Shown piece by piece: positions 25,742 through 37,699 of a stretch of DNA of 64,000 nt. Position 1 is the first letter of the stretch. Each line of letters opens with the position of its first letter. Source of the DNA: Mytilus californianus (Eukaryota); contig NW_026262582.1 in assembly GCF_021869535.1 (NCBI RefSeq), positions 61,566,001 through 61,630,000 of the forward strand, in the 5' to 3' direction. A model generated the notes under the pieces. The model ran no database searches. It was not told the DNA's origin and was given only the letters and a program-made list of their open reading frames with translations. A program made the translations under genes and the position numbers.

Positions 25742-26425
25742 AATTGGTCATGTGACTTGTTTCTAAAACAATGATAAAATCATAGGAAATTAAATGCAAT
25801 TGCCTGCACAAATTAACCTGACTTGTATTCGACCAGTTATTAACCATTTCAAAGAGTCCAAATCATACTCAACTAAGTCTGAACCATACTCGACCAAGTC
25901 GAAACCATACTAGATCAAGTCTGAACGATACTCTACCAATTCAACAATCCTCGACCATTTTTGTAAGTCTATCTTTCTCATTTTTTTCTATTTAGTGTTT
26001 GTTTTTACAAGATGTGTTACCCTTGACTAGAAATTTGACCATGAGGTATAATAACTGAATATAAGACATAATTCAGGCAAAAGTAAGTAACGCAATATAA
26101 AAATTGTGGTTTATTGTTGAATAAATTATAGTTATACATTCAAAATTGATACAGAGGAAGTAAAGTTCAGACTTCGTTCGAGTATGGTCCAAACTTTGGT
26201 CGAGTATGGTTTAGACATTGAAAACAGGTCGAGAACTGATTAAGTACAAGTCGAGAATATATTAAGACTGTTTCAGCCTGGTCGAGTATGCGTTCAGACT
26301 ACAGACAGTTTTGTATGGTCAGACTACAATCAAGTAATATCGAGTAAAATTCAGATCAATTCAGAATGGTCGCATACAAATCAGTACAGTCAAGTACAAA
26401 AAGTGACCAATTTAGACTTTTACTG
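25742..26425. mobile_element. Foldback-type non-autonomous DNA element with inverted arrays of a ~21-bp subterminal repeat
   Basis: accatactcgaccaagtc units on the left and ggtcgagtatggt units on the right; aattggtca..tgaccaatt at the ends. Confidence 0.5.
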
Positions 26426-28727
26426 GTTTGTAGTGATAATAAATCATTTGGTCAAATCCATCCCAATACTGACAAATCAGCATGTGCAATACTGATAACG
26501 TTGTCTTCCTTATAGTAATACAGATTTCCGATCTAAGGAGAAAAAAGAGTATTCAATTATTTGATTTCAATGTTGTCAGTTATCCAGGTTGACCTCAATA
26601 ACCCAATAATTTTCACTTGAAGACTAACACTTCTCCTCTATTTATTACCAATAATTTTCCCTGCACGTTGCGGGTTAAAAATACACAAAACATGTTAATA
26701 AGAAACCTTGGGATATTAAATTCAAGTAATCTCTTAGACATATCAAGGGCAATTAATTGTTTCATCATCTTGAAGAACTTGAAAAATTATAAAAATGATC
26801 AGATACTCTTTATACGAAATTAAAAGCTATGGTTCTATTTGAAACACTGATCCAAAGTCAGAATATATGATCAGTTTATTCAGTACATTCAGACATGGAT
26901 CAGTTTGTAAATATGTAAATGCGTTTTATATTAGGCAATGACTTATTTCTGGGTGACTGCACCTTACAAATTGTGTATTTTCTGTAGTGTCTGTTTGCGA
27001 TGTGCCAACATATCACGATCATCAGTGTTTTGATTCATCATCGTGCGATGTACATTTCATTGAGTTGTTAAATCAACAACTGGCTTTGGTTAACCTTTTC
27101 AATAGTGTTGTGTACTTGTATTTACGTTTTCAAGTTACTGTAGTGAACTTTTAGAGACGTTATAGAATAATGGAAAAACTTGCAGGTCTGGGTACTTCGA
27201 AAGAACCAACACAATCTCATTTCAAAATATCATTTATTAGAAAGAAATTCAATAACACAGAAATATTATGTTGTAACAGACAATTTAGTATATTTCTGAA
27301 TAAAAATCTGCTTTCATTCCTACATACATTATTTAAAGATTAGCTAAAAAGTGTCTTACCTTTAAAACAACAAAATATATCACCGCTTAGGTCTCTAAAA
27401 AATAATGGGAAGGTCTCAAATGCGGATGTGTACAAATTGCATATTCAAGTTGTGGATGCAAACAATTAAGATGTATTTCTTCAAAAATCCCCAGTTATTG
27501 AAGTCACCCGAGCATACAAAAGCGAAAATAGAATCATGTCAAATATATCCTTAAACTGATGTAAAAAATTAAGACACCTGTACATTGTATATGATGTAAT
27601 TATAAAAAGTATAACGTTATGACAACATCAGGTCAAATTGTTGTTTTGATATATAAATATTTAACATTAAAACAGATAGAAGGTGAAAACTTACACGATT
27701 CGTCTCTTTTCACAGTTTCAGGTGTATTCTTCTACTAACATTCTTTTTATTCTTTTCCATATGGTAGTGAAGTGTTATTGAATTTATTCATTCTTGTAAG
27801 ACAAAAATATTCGACCTTAGACGAAAGTATGGCCTTGTTTTCAGATTTTGTTTGACTGAATACTTTAGTTCTCTGCTATTTTTCCTGTCCGATTTCATTT
27901 TACACACAAAAGTCACGAGATAAGTTCAAAAATCTATGCATTGTTAGATCAATACATCATCGTCTGCTTGAAACATCAATGTGTTAGTGATGACACCTTA
28001 TGGTAGGTTTTTAATAAGGCGAATTGAAAATGTTTTTATGGAGTTTGGGTTTTTTTTTTTTTTTTAAGAAATATTTACATAATTTTTTGGTTTAATTCCC
28101 CTGTTTGAAAATCTAGGCAGATGCATTGAAAAATGTCTCGTGATATGACTTTTCAGCCTCCTCTTTGAAACAGTAATTGTCTCGGAACTCTCTTTTATCA
28201 TTGTTTATTGTTATCGAAACGAGTTACTTTAATTCCCTTTTCAGAACGTGAATTTTTACTTTTCAAATGTTAAAATGAGCTGATGTTTCCTTGTTCATAT
28301 TATATATTTCCATTTCTGATATAATTTCTTCTAGAAAGTTCTGTGTTGGTGTTTGCATTAGTATTCGGTAAGTATGTGTCGATATTGTAAAAGATTTGGT
28401 CCAGAGAGTATGTACACTGAACAGAGTATATTTTTTTTAGAAAGAATGCTTATATTTCCTACCTCATTAAATATGAATGATCCTAGCACTATTTTATTTT
28501 AATCACGTTACCGATCTTACGCTGGTATCACTTGAAGCAGTCATTGAGTGAACTTTGCAAAACGATTTCAAAAATCATGGTGAAGAAAACCAATCAAAAT
28601 TGAATCACTTAATTATGGAAAGTGCACGATGTTGTATTTATACCAAGAGTGCATAGATTTATGACGTAATCACGTGACGTCTGTGTGTAAAATGAAATCG
28701 AACACGGCAAACCCGACTATCTGAAAA

Positions 28728-29010
28728 CTAAAGAATAATGAGGGAAAGACCTTCTAGTTTCGGTAATCTCAAGTTCACTGGGATATATGAGATGCAAGCA
28801 CTCATTGAAAAGTGGGTTATTGGGTGACAGCACATCATCAATATATCTGAAAGTGAAATTAAACAACTTTGCATAATGGTTGTTTTTGTCTTTGAGAAGG
28901 CCAGTAGGGGTGCATAACTAGTACCAATTGAAACACCAACTGTCTGTTGAAATATCAACCCCCTAAATTTATCAGATAAGCTGTCGCTCAAAAAGTCCAG
29001 CATTTGATGA
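28728..29010 (-). mobile_element. Penelope-like RT fragment
   Basis: MLDFL..FQQTVGVSIGTSYAPLL, then after a frameshift FNFTFRYIDDVLSPNN..LIYPSELEITET. Confidence 0.85.
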
Positions 29011-29059
29011 TATCTTCTGTGTATTTGTTTTTGGAAGTAGTACTAGTGCTGTTATCGGC

Positions 29060-29278
29060 ATTTTATGCGACTGTCATACAAATGAGAGGTTTAACTAACC
29101 ATAAAACAAGGTTTAATCCACCATTTTCTACATAAGGAAATGACTGTACCAAGTCAGGAATATGACAGTTGTTTTCCATTTGTTTTATATGTTTGAGCTT
29201 TTGATTTTGCCATTTGATAAGGGACTTTCCGTTTTGAATTTTCCTTGGAGTTCGGTATTTTTGTTAATTTACTTTTTT
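29060..29278 (-). repeat. High-copy repeat copy ~1 kb upstream of the cGLR (GGGACTTTCC at 29221-29230)
   Basis: Reverse-complement match to 11545-11760. Confidence 0.8.
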
Positions 29279-30213
29279 ATTCACAATATAAGATTTTTCA
29301 TTAATAAATCAGAATATTTGTATCTCCGATTCCCATTTTTGTCGAAAAAGATGAGCTATAGTAAAAATTCTTTTTCAAGTACATTCATATAAAAAAAGGC
29401 ACAGGACACCAATGGTTAAGAATTCAGAATTCTCCCGATTGAATGCTAAAACGCATACTATGAAATACTTGCAACATTTCATAACCGACACCTTATGAAA
29501 ATTTTTAAAACTAATCCTCCGAGAGTTACACAGAATTTAACCCTTTCCCTACACTTGTTTTTTTTTTTGTTTAATCTGTCTAATCAGGTGACAACCTTAT
29601 TATCAATACTGAGCTGACAAACGACCGGTCCAACAAATAACAGTTGTTACCAAGGTTATTTGGCACGTTAAGAGCTTGAATGATAAACTTCCGCATGTGT
29701 CAATGATGTCAAATTATCTTTCCATTTTGCCACTGAGTAACCACTGTATAATAATTTTTTGTATATATATTTTGACATGCAAATTAAAATCATTCATTAT
29801 AAGTTCCATTTCATAAATATTTGATAATAATCAACAAGAATACAGATCCTTATTTATCAAGTTGTAAATGTTTATTTAATATAGTAGTCGCTTTCTCAAA
29901 TTATATTTATTCATTTCAAACAGTTATTGATTCTCAAATTATCTTTATTTATTTTTCATAGTAATGTTTATCTCCTATTCATTCACCTGTGACAGGTAGT
30001 AAACGACCAACAAAAACGTATGTGTACATGTAATGTAAATAGTGTGACTATCATGTGACAGATCAAAGTGTAATAAATAATAATATCCGTGTATGTTATC
30101 GTTTGAACTGATTTACAATACACAATGCATGAGCATGCTACAAAACAAGGAAGTCATTTAGCAACTGATTTAAAAGAATAAAGTTTTTTATACAAAGGAT
30201 TGGATTAGATAGT

Positions 30214-32415
30214 ATGGAAACCTTTATGAAAGTGAAGGGCATAGCACTGCCTAATAAGAATAAGAAATTTGTTGATAATTCCAATTCTTTGCTGGGCCAT
30301 ACAAGTATTAGAGATAGGATTTGGGACGAGGACCTTCATGATGAAGATAGCATTAACAAATTCAAGGAATTTTCCTCTGGTCTATTGTCACTCGATGAAA
30401 TTGAATTGACCAACGTTTGTAATGCGCTCGATTTTGAACAATGTGTTTCCGTGGACGATCCTAAAACTACGGAGATTGTTACAAGTATAGAATGTTTCAT
30501 AACTTCTCTCCTTCGAAAGGTAGGAGAAATTGATGCACGATTTAAGTCTTCCCTTATCAAGGGTGGTAGTTTTTATGACGGAACGAAAATAGGAGAAATA
30601 GATGAGTTCGACTTTGTAGCACGAATTGATTCTTTATCAAAAGAAGGGGTTCTCGAGGCCCGGGAAGCAAAACAAAAGAAAGGTTTTGTGTTTCTGGCCG
30701 TTAAGGACAGGAAAACATTGAAGGAATTTGAAGATTTTATCAATACTGATGGAGTAATTTCTGTTCAGATGTTTAAAGAGCATTTTTCAGACCTTTTATT
30801 TTCTGCTCTGTCTGAAATTGAGATACCAGAAAATATTATTCCATCTAGCAGATTTAACAGTGGAGATGAATACGATGATGACTGGGTACCATTGCGCCAT
30901 GGGCCTTGTGCGAAACTAGATTTGACATACATTTGCAATACAACGCCAGATATTGTTGAAATTGACATAGATATTGCACCTGGCATCGCATTTCCAAATA
31001 AGATGTATATTCCACCAGTTCTTGAGAAGCTTACTCATTTACATCCAAACGAATTTCTTCAAACATTGAAAGAACTGTGCGACAAGGAAGAAATATGTGT
31101 TGTTCCATTCGATTTTGATACTACAGAGAAAATAGGTGAGTCGTCGTGGACTTATAAATACAGCGATACCTGGAGAATTTCTTTTTCCTCCATTGAAAAA
31201 GCTGTGTTTTCGTTATACAGTCACAAAAGTACAGAAAAGACACTTTATAGACTTCTAAAAATTCTAAAGGAATTTCACTTTCAGCAGTCTGATGATGTCA
31301 TCGAAAAAAGTGGATCCAAACACTTGAAAGGTAATGAGCCACCAAGAACAATAATGTCTACAAGTGGTTTAACCATCCAGCCCTTATTCAGCCGAGGCGA
31401 TGACGAGGAGGGAGAGTCAAAGGAGTCAGAAAATCAAGAAGTAGATTTTAAGGAAAGATTTTGTGTTGAATCAGTATTCCAAAAAACAAAACATGAAGCC
31501 AATGATTACGAGGTCGCTTATGGTGACAACATACAAGAAAATACAATATCTGTAAAAGATCTGATAGTCTGTCCAAAAGAGCAAATGAAGACACCAGCAC
31601 GTTATGTTGATAAAAATGATAAAATAAGCATCAAAACATCAGAAGTAAATAAGTCAAGCAACATTTCCCTAAACACAAGAGTGGCAACACCATCTGAAAA
31701 TCAAGAAAGCCGATATAAGGAATACAAACCAAAACGTCCGAATCATTCTGATCAGAAAATGGAATGTACAAATAATGGAACGAGTACTCAAAGTGTTGAT
31801 GAACATAATTCAGATGGTACAAGTTTCCCAGACAAAATAAATCTTATATGTGGCATAAATCAAAGGACAAGTGATTTACATGATAATGAGGGGTTGACTG
31901 AACCTGGAAGTAGCGTTGGCTGTTGCATGCAGACTACCAGCTTTGAATGTCTTCAGAATTATTCGACCAGTTCCAACATTTCTAAAATAAATGACATAGA
32001 GATTCTGTATTTGAGAGAGAAGGCTTCTGATGTGGTCAGTGAAGATCTATTCGATTCAAAAACTGAGCCAGGTACACTGATTTCACAGACAACTACTTTC
32101 GGAGATACTTTAAAGATTTTGAAATACAGAGAGTCCTTGCCTCTTTTTAAGACTTACTATTTAAAGATGCTCTTTCTGGCAATGAAAACAGCATACCCTA
32201 GAGATGACGACTGGACTGAGGACAAACTATGTTCTCTTGTGATATCGGCACTACAAATGTTATACTATGCTTTCTCGTCCAAACAGAAGGGATTTCTCAA
32301 TTACTGGTTCCAAGATTATGTGGAAAATCGTACGCGAGAATCTACATCGATTGAAATTCTTTTCTGTTTGCAAGAAACACTAACAATGTTCAGAAATTTG
32401 CAAGGAGTCCAGTAG
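30214..32415 (+). CDS. cGLR: cGAS-like receptor (cGLR; Mab-21/cGAS-family nucleotidyltransferase), 733 aa, with a large internal insertion
   Basis: Single ORF. It carries the NTase signature GGSFYDGTKIGEIDEFDF (cf. human cGAS GSYYEHVKISAPNEFDV), a GPCAKL strand, the third acidic site IDIDIAP, WRISFSSIEK (cf. WRLSFSHIEK), LLKILK, and C-lobe motifs FKTYYLKMLF, DDDW and FLNYW (cf. SYHVKTAFF, QW, LENYF). Confidence 0.9.
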   Translation: METFMKVKGIALPNKNKKFVDNSNSLLGHTSIRDRIWDEDLHDEDSINKFKEFSSGLLSLDEIELTNVCNALDFEQCVSVDDPKTTEIVTSIECFITSLLRKVGEIDARFKSSLIKGGSFYDGTKIGEIDEFDFVARIDSLSKEGVLEAREAKQKKGFVFLAVKDRKTLKEFEDFINTDGVISVQMFKEHFSDLLFSALSEIEIPENIIPSSRFNSGDEYDDDWVPLRHGPCAKLDLTYICNTTPDIVEIDIDIAPGIAFPNKMYIPPVLEKLTHLHPNEFLQTLKELCDKEEICVVPFDFDTTEKIGESSWTYKYSDTWRISFSSIEKAVFSLYSHKSTEKTLYRLLKILKEFHFQQSDDVIEKSGSKHLKGNEPPRTIMSTSGLTIQPLFSRGDDEEGESKESENQEVDFKERFCVESVFQKTKHEANDYEVAYGDNIQENTISVKDLIVCPKEQMKTPARYVDKNDKISIKTSEVNKSSNISLNTRVATPSENQESRYKEYKPKRPNHSDQKMECTNNGTSTQSVDEHNSDGTSFPDKINLICGINQRTSDLHDNEGLTEPGSSVGCCMQTTSFECLQNYSTSSNISKINDIEILYLREKASDVVSEDLFDSKTEPGTLISQTTTFGDTLKILKYRESLPLFKTYYLKMLFLAMKTAYPRDDDWTEDKLCSLVISALQMLYYAFSSKQKGFLNYWFQDYVENRTRESTSIEILFCLQETLTMFRNLQGVQ

Positions 32416-32465
32416 ACCAATAGTTCCTACTTCGCCTTGGAAATTTACTGCAAATACAACTACGT

Positions 32466-32625
32466 TTTTAACACATAAATGAACAAAAAAGTCAATAAAA
32501 TCTATGTCCTGATTATCCATGGCATTGTCCATGTGCATCAATTTTTTTTAACACATAAATGAACAAAAAAGTCAATAAAATCTATGTCCTGATTATCCAT
32601 GGCATTGTCCATGTGCATCAATTTT
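32466..32625 (+). repeat. Essentially perfect 80-bp tandem duplication in the presumed cGLR 3' UTR, each unit with AATAAA
   Basis: acacataaat at 32471 and 32551; AATAAA at 32494 and 32574. Confidence 0.9.
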
Positions 32626-34243
32626 CTCTTTATTCAACACAGGCATATGTGTATCAGCTTTTAAAACCGGAACGCTAACACCATAGGAAATTAATTCATC
32701 GTAGATACCAAGATTAAAATTGTGTTCACCAAACGCGCATTTCGTCTACAAAAGACTTATCAATGACGCTCGAATCATTGCTGACTATATAAATGAATAA
32801 TTATAAACTCTTCAAAGATACCAGGCTTATAATTTTGTAATCCAGACTTAAGTGTTTCATATGTCCTAGAATACTTATAAACCTCTGCTTTTCTGCACAA
32901 ATTCCTCCATTTTTCTTAGTTAACACTCGAAAGGTTTTGTATGTACCATTTTCTTGTATAACAGGATTATAAAAATCCATATCAATCTTCATAAAAATAA
33001 AAGATTGTCTGAAAAAGTAAAGCTATTCAGTGTCCTAGAACAAGATATTGCTATCTTTATATGGCCATTCCCTTAAAAAAAATCAAAGTTATGACTCCAT
33101 GAATTGTCTAGCACTAGTAGGATAGAAACCTTATATATTTAATTAAACGTGTTATCATCCTAAATATGCAAGTAGTGTTCACAACTTGGTGTTTCATAAA
33201 AATTGTGTCAAAGGGATTAAGAAATACACATTAGGTACGATATCAAAACTATTTTCCTATTTCAACATCGTTTTAGAGGATAATGAAGTTTAGTTAGGTA
33301 AAAATGTTTATTCAAAATATAAATAAACTACAATGGTTCTACAAATGTTGCCATAAAAATGTAATACATTGTACAATTATGTTTGTTACTATAGAAACAA
33401 ATCATACAAATAACAATGTATGTACTTAAAAACAAACCTATAGCTTTTGAAAAATAGTGACTCTTTTTCAAATATTTTAGTTGGTAGCAGTCATATTCAT
33501 TTTAACTTTCAAACTACACTGGCACTTCAAATGACTCTTAAGCCAAAATGAGGCATACATGAATATCATATGAAAATTTTACTAACTTATATAATGGTAT
33601 TACATGTGTGCTACTTTGACGGGTCAAATCATTGACTTTAAAGCCAAACATACCTTAATGAAACAACCTAGGCCTGTTAGCATAGCTTTTAATAAAAATT
33701 GCAATTCTTTTAAACCATATGGTGTTAAATGATAGAACTATTACAAAATGGAGGTGATTGGTGTAAATAGGTTCATAGATTAAAAAGATCATCCTTTAAT
33801 TCAGAAAACCTTTCATAGAGCTTGCTCTGCAAATTATGGAGCATGCTCAGCTAATTATGGAGTATGCTCAGTTAGTACTTTTGTTTGGCAAAAGCAACAT
33901 GTTGCACAATACATTTATAGGATCTTTTATTACAAATTATACATTATTCAACGTTTTTGTTGATGTACCTCTGGCTGAACATGCTTTGAATTTTGAAATT
34001 AAAAGATCTATTTGATTGTCACCAATCTCAGCAAAAAATAAATATTAAGATATTTTGATTATCTTTAAGTTATAAAATAACTTTTGGCATAATGACGGAT
34101 ATATACTGAATATAGATCATGGTCATTAACCCTATCATATCTATTTCCTAAGAGACATTAAAGTTATAAAAACTTTTAATTTCATTTCTTAAAAATGTAT
34201 TCAAATTTGTTTCTCTCCTCTTATTTTGGTTCATCTTTTTGAA

Positions 34244-34329
34244 GAAATAACATCAAAAATGTGGTGCACACTGAATAACCCATGTAGCGGGTTATCTAAA
34301 AGTGTGCACCACATTTTTTAGGTTATTTC
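34244..34329. repeat. Imperfect palindrome, centre of a larger repeat element (about 34150-34510)
   Basis: gaaataa..aaaaatgtggtgcacac / gtgtgcaccacattttt..ttatttc. Confidence 0.7.
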
Positions 34330-36338
34330 GAATAGACAGAAAAAATATTAGTCATTCCTTATAATTTAATTCTAATTTCCAGTTTTAAGGAGTAAATCAT
34401 GAAAAAAACGTTGATGACGCCACTATCTCATGACAAAATTATGTCTATGAGTTGATAGACAAAACACTTTCAACCAATCAGAAGACGTGTTACATCCAAA
34501 ATTAATTTATTTACTGATAATTAAAACTCATCAAAGATACCAGAATTATATTTTAATAAGCCAGAAACATGTTTCGTCTAGATATGACTAATAATTGTTA
34601 GTTTGTACATTTTTCCTTTGATCTTACTGCATAATATTTGTTAAGATTATGGACAGGATTTATCATATACTCGAAAATATTAGGCAATAACGTCATGTAC
34701 CAGGGCAGCATCGTCACATGTTCATGTCCATCCGCGTCAATTTATCAATGAAATGCATGTGACTTCATTCAAACAAACAAACAACTATCACAACGGGCTC
34801 GCTTGATATTCTTGCTGATTAAGTCAGTATCAAAAACAAAAATTCCATTATTCTATATTTAGTAATAGTTTATAATGAATGATATGATGCTATCTTTAAA
34901 AAAAAACCTAAACTCCTGCTTAATGATACCAAAACAATACTTTTTGTTTACTTTGCTAAATCTTTACAGACAGGTACAAAACGTGAACTACATTATAAGA
35001 CATAAGTACATCACATCCCTTTCAGACAACATAACAACATAAAAACTAATATAACTAGACATGCTAATGATTGGATAAGTATAACGAAACTAAATGTGTT
35101 GTGAAGACATTAATATATATATATACATATATCTTTTAGTATTCTAAAAATAATGCCAGATTACTACATTACAATCTTTATACATTAGAGAAGCAATTCT
35201 AATTCTGTATAAAAATGAAGAAAAAAACCTTTTTGGCCCCTGGGATGTAAAATTCTAGAAGTCAAATGTTTATTTGAAATAAGATTGTTTGAATGTTTAC
35301 AAGAGAATTCACTAATTTGTCGCCCTGAATATAATTACAGAAATAATTGCCACAGGACATTTAGCAGGCAAAAATCAATCAAACATTACAACTTTTAACC
35401 TTCCACCTTAAAGCATTTTATATTGTTTTAAATCTTTAAATCTGCCAAAAATATGTGATAATTAACTAGATATTAGCAAAATATTTAAACTAGAAGATAA
35501 TTTGCTGAAAAATTTCATATACAAAGACCATTTTTCTTTCAAGTTTGAAATTTTAGGGGCCAAATAAAGGCTCTCACCATACCTCTTGGTTTGTTTTTTA
35601 TTGAAGATATGTAAATGTGTTCAAAATAAGGTTACTACTGCATAAATACCTATAACATGAATAAATGATAAGTGAGAGAATATGAAAATATATATCATCT
35701 ACAGAATTTGTCTCAGCAATAAGGAAAGGAAGGCACTTTTTACAAATTGCAGAAAAAACATTGTTATCTGAAACATCAATTTCTGTATTAAGGAGGTAGA
35801 CACTAGGGTAAGGGAAAGTTCTACTCTTAAAAATCACTGGTATGTTTATGTCAACTATTTTCATTAATGTATTCTAAGCTTCTTACTAACAAAGATTATT
35901 TTACATCTCTTCCAGCTGAGTGACTAAAAAGCATGATTAAAATTGACGATTAGAAATGTGTTACTGATTTCATGAGTTATTGCCCTTACAAATAATTGAC
36001 AGTAAGTCATCTGGGTAAAGTAAGAAAATATACTTGACAGCAAGTCATCAGTGTGAACTAAGAAAAAAATAAAAGTATTCACACTTTTGATTGTTCAGCT
36101 CAACTCAAAGTTATATCCTAGAAATATTAGGCATGTTTTTGATTAAAGAAGAAGACAGAATGATTTAAGTTATCTTATTCATTCTTGTTCACAATAACTT
36201 GATATGTGCTTTTGTGTTATAATGCCACTTTCAATTATAAATAGCAAATATAATATGGCTTTTTCAATATCACATACATATCAACCAGTGACACCATTTT
36301 AATTCCAAGAGCTCGTGTCCAGGGATTATATTGGCTAA

Positions 36339-36732
36339 GGATGTTTGCACCTCTTGTTTTTTGAATTTTTGCAAGGTATTCAGAATCCTCTGGTTTTATC
36401 CATGTAGTGCCATTAAAATTTATGCCTGTTAAATCTTATTTTTTTTCTTCCATAATTTGATTACATATAGTTTAAAATGCCATCTTTGAGAATCTTATAA
36501 AGTCCTTGTTATTTTTTCATAGTTTTTGAAAGAAAAAAGGTGTCAATGTTAAATGTATGAAAAATCTAGAGAGAATCATTTCCAGCCAAATTTTCAATAG
36601 CTTATATCTCGAAAACAAGCACACGGACCCATAATTTTTTTCTTCTTTTTTAGTTCCTTTATTTATATACTATCAATTTATAACAAGTCTGCAAAAAGGC
36701 TTGTTGTTTTGAAACATGAGTAGTGACCATCC
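36339..36732. mobile_element. Kolobok-like MITE
   Basis: (ctaa)GGATG..CATCC(ttag) termini. The target is TTAA-like but imperfect. Confidence 0.5.
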
Positions 36733-37439
36733 TTAGGTGTTGATACATTGTGTGATATTGAAAAAGCCATATCATATACATTATTAAATATACCTCAAGT
36801 TTATGTTTTTCACATGACATGACTTTATAAAGATTAGGGGTTTGATAAAGCCTTTGAAATCATGACATGACTTGTATTTACTACTAAGTATATAATAAAT
36901 TTTGTTATTTTCAGACAACAAAGCAATTGAAGTTATCCCCCCTTGGATTTCTCAACAGTGGTTTCACAGTATAAAGTCACAAAAAAATTAATTCTTGTGG
37001 TTATATAATATTTCAAAGCAGTAAGCTACAGTTCTCACAATACATTTTTTTCAAAATTACATAACTTCTTTTTTATTACATCACCATTCAAAACAATACA
37101 AAAAAGTCAACCCAAATGTTGCAAATTAAACACAAGAAGCATTTTATATACAAACTCTGAAAAAAACACCCTTTTTTCAAAAAATATGTATTACAATTTA
37201 AAGTCATCATAAAACATACAATAATAGAGAATGAACACTTACAAACATGCATGGAGCAAACACCAACAAAAATTAATAAATAAGAAAAGTCGAGTACAAA
37301 AACAGTGAGCAATACTTTAAAAATCTCATATAAAATGAAAAATAAAAAACAAATCTTAAAAAGAGGTCTTTTACTACAAACTTTCAAAGAAATTTTTGTA
37401 AATCTTAGAAATATAAATGAGAAAGCAAATCTTTTAAGA

Positions 37440-37699
37440 TTTGATTAGATTTTTGGTGTTTTAACGCCACTTTTAAGCACCTCTTTTTGGCTATTTCGTG
37501 GCGGCCAGTTTTTATCGGTGGAGGAAGCCAGAGTGCACTGAGAAAACCACCAACCTTCGATAGGAAAACTGACAATCCTATTCAATTAAGATTGGAGTCG
37601 AGTGCACCCGCACGAGCGGGGTTCGAACTCACAACCTCAGTGTTGACTGGCTAGTGATTACAGTAGTAACTACTTAGACCACTCGGCCACAGAGGCCCC
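37440..37699 (-). mobile_element. Full-length tRNA-derived SINE with 13-bp target-site duplication
   Basis: On the minus strand: A box TGGCCGAGTGG, B box GTTCGAACCC, V-domain-like ggttttctc..ctctggcttcctcc, and a simple-repeat tail. TSD aaatcttttaaga at 37427-37439 and 37700-37712. Confidence 0.9.

Noticed and set aside
28335-28367. Possible 33-nt non-coding exon (ttctAG..cg/GTAAGT) upstream of the cGLR
   Set aside because: Splice-like words alone are too common; it needs transcript evidence
31282-32136. Possibility that the cGLR insertion is an unannotated intron
   Set aside because: About 850 nt stay stop-free and in frame in AT-rich DNA, which is improbable for an intron. RNA-seq is still needed to close this.
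35598-35864. 88-aa minus-strand ORF in the CpG-depleted zone
   Set aside because: No ATG start, no recognisable domain and no convincing splice-site pair
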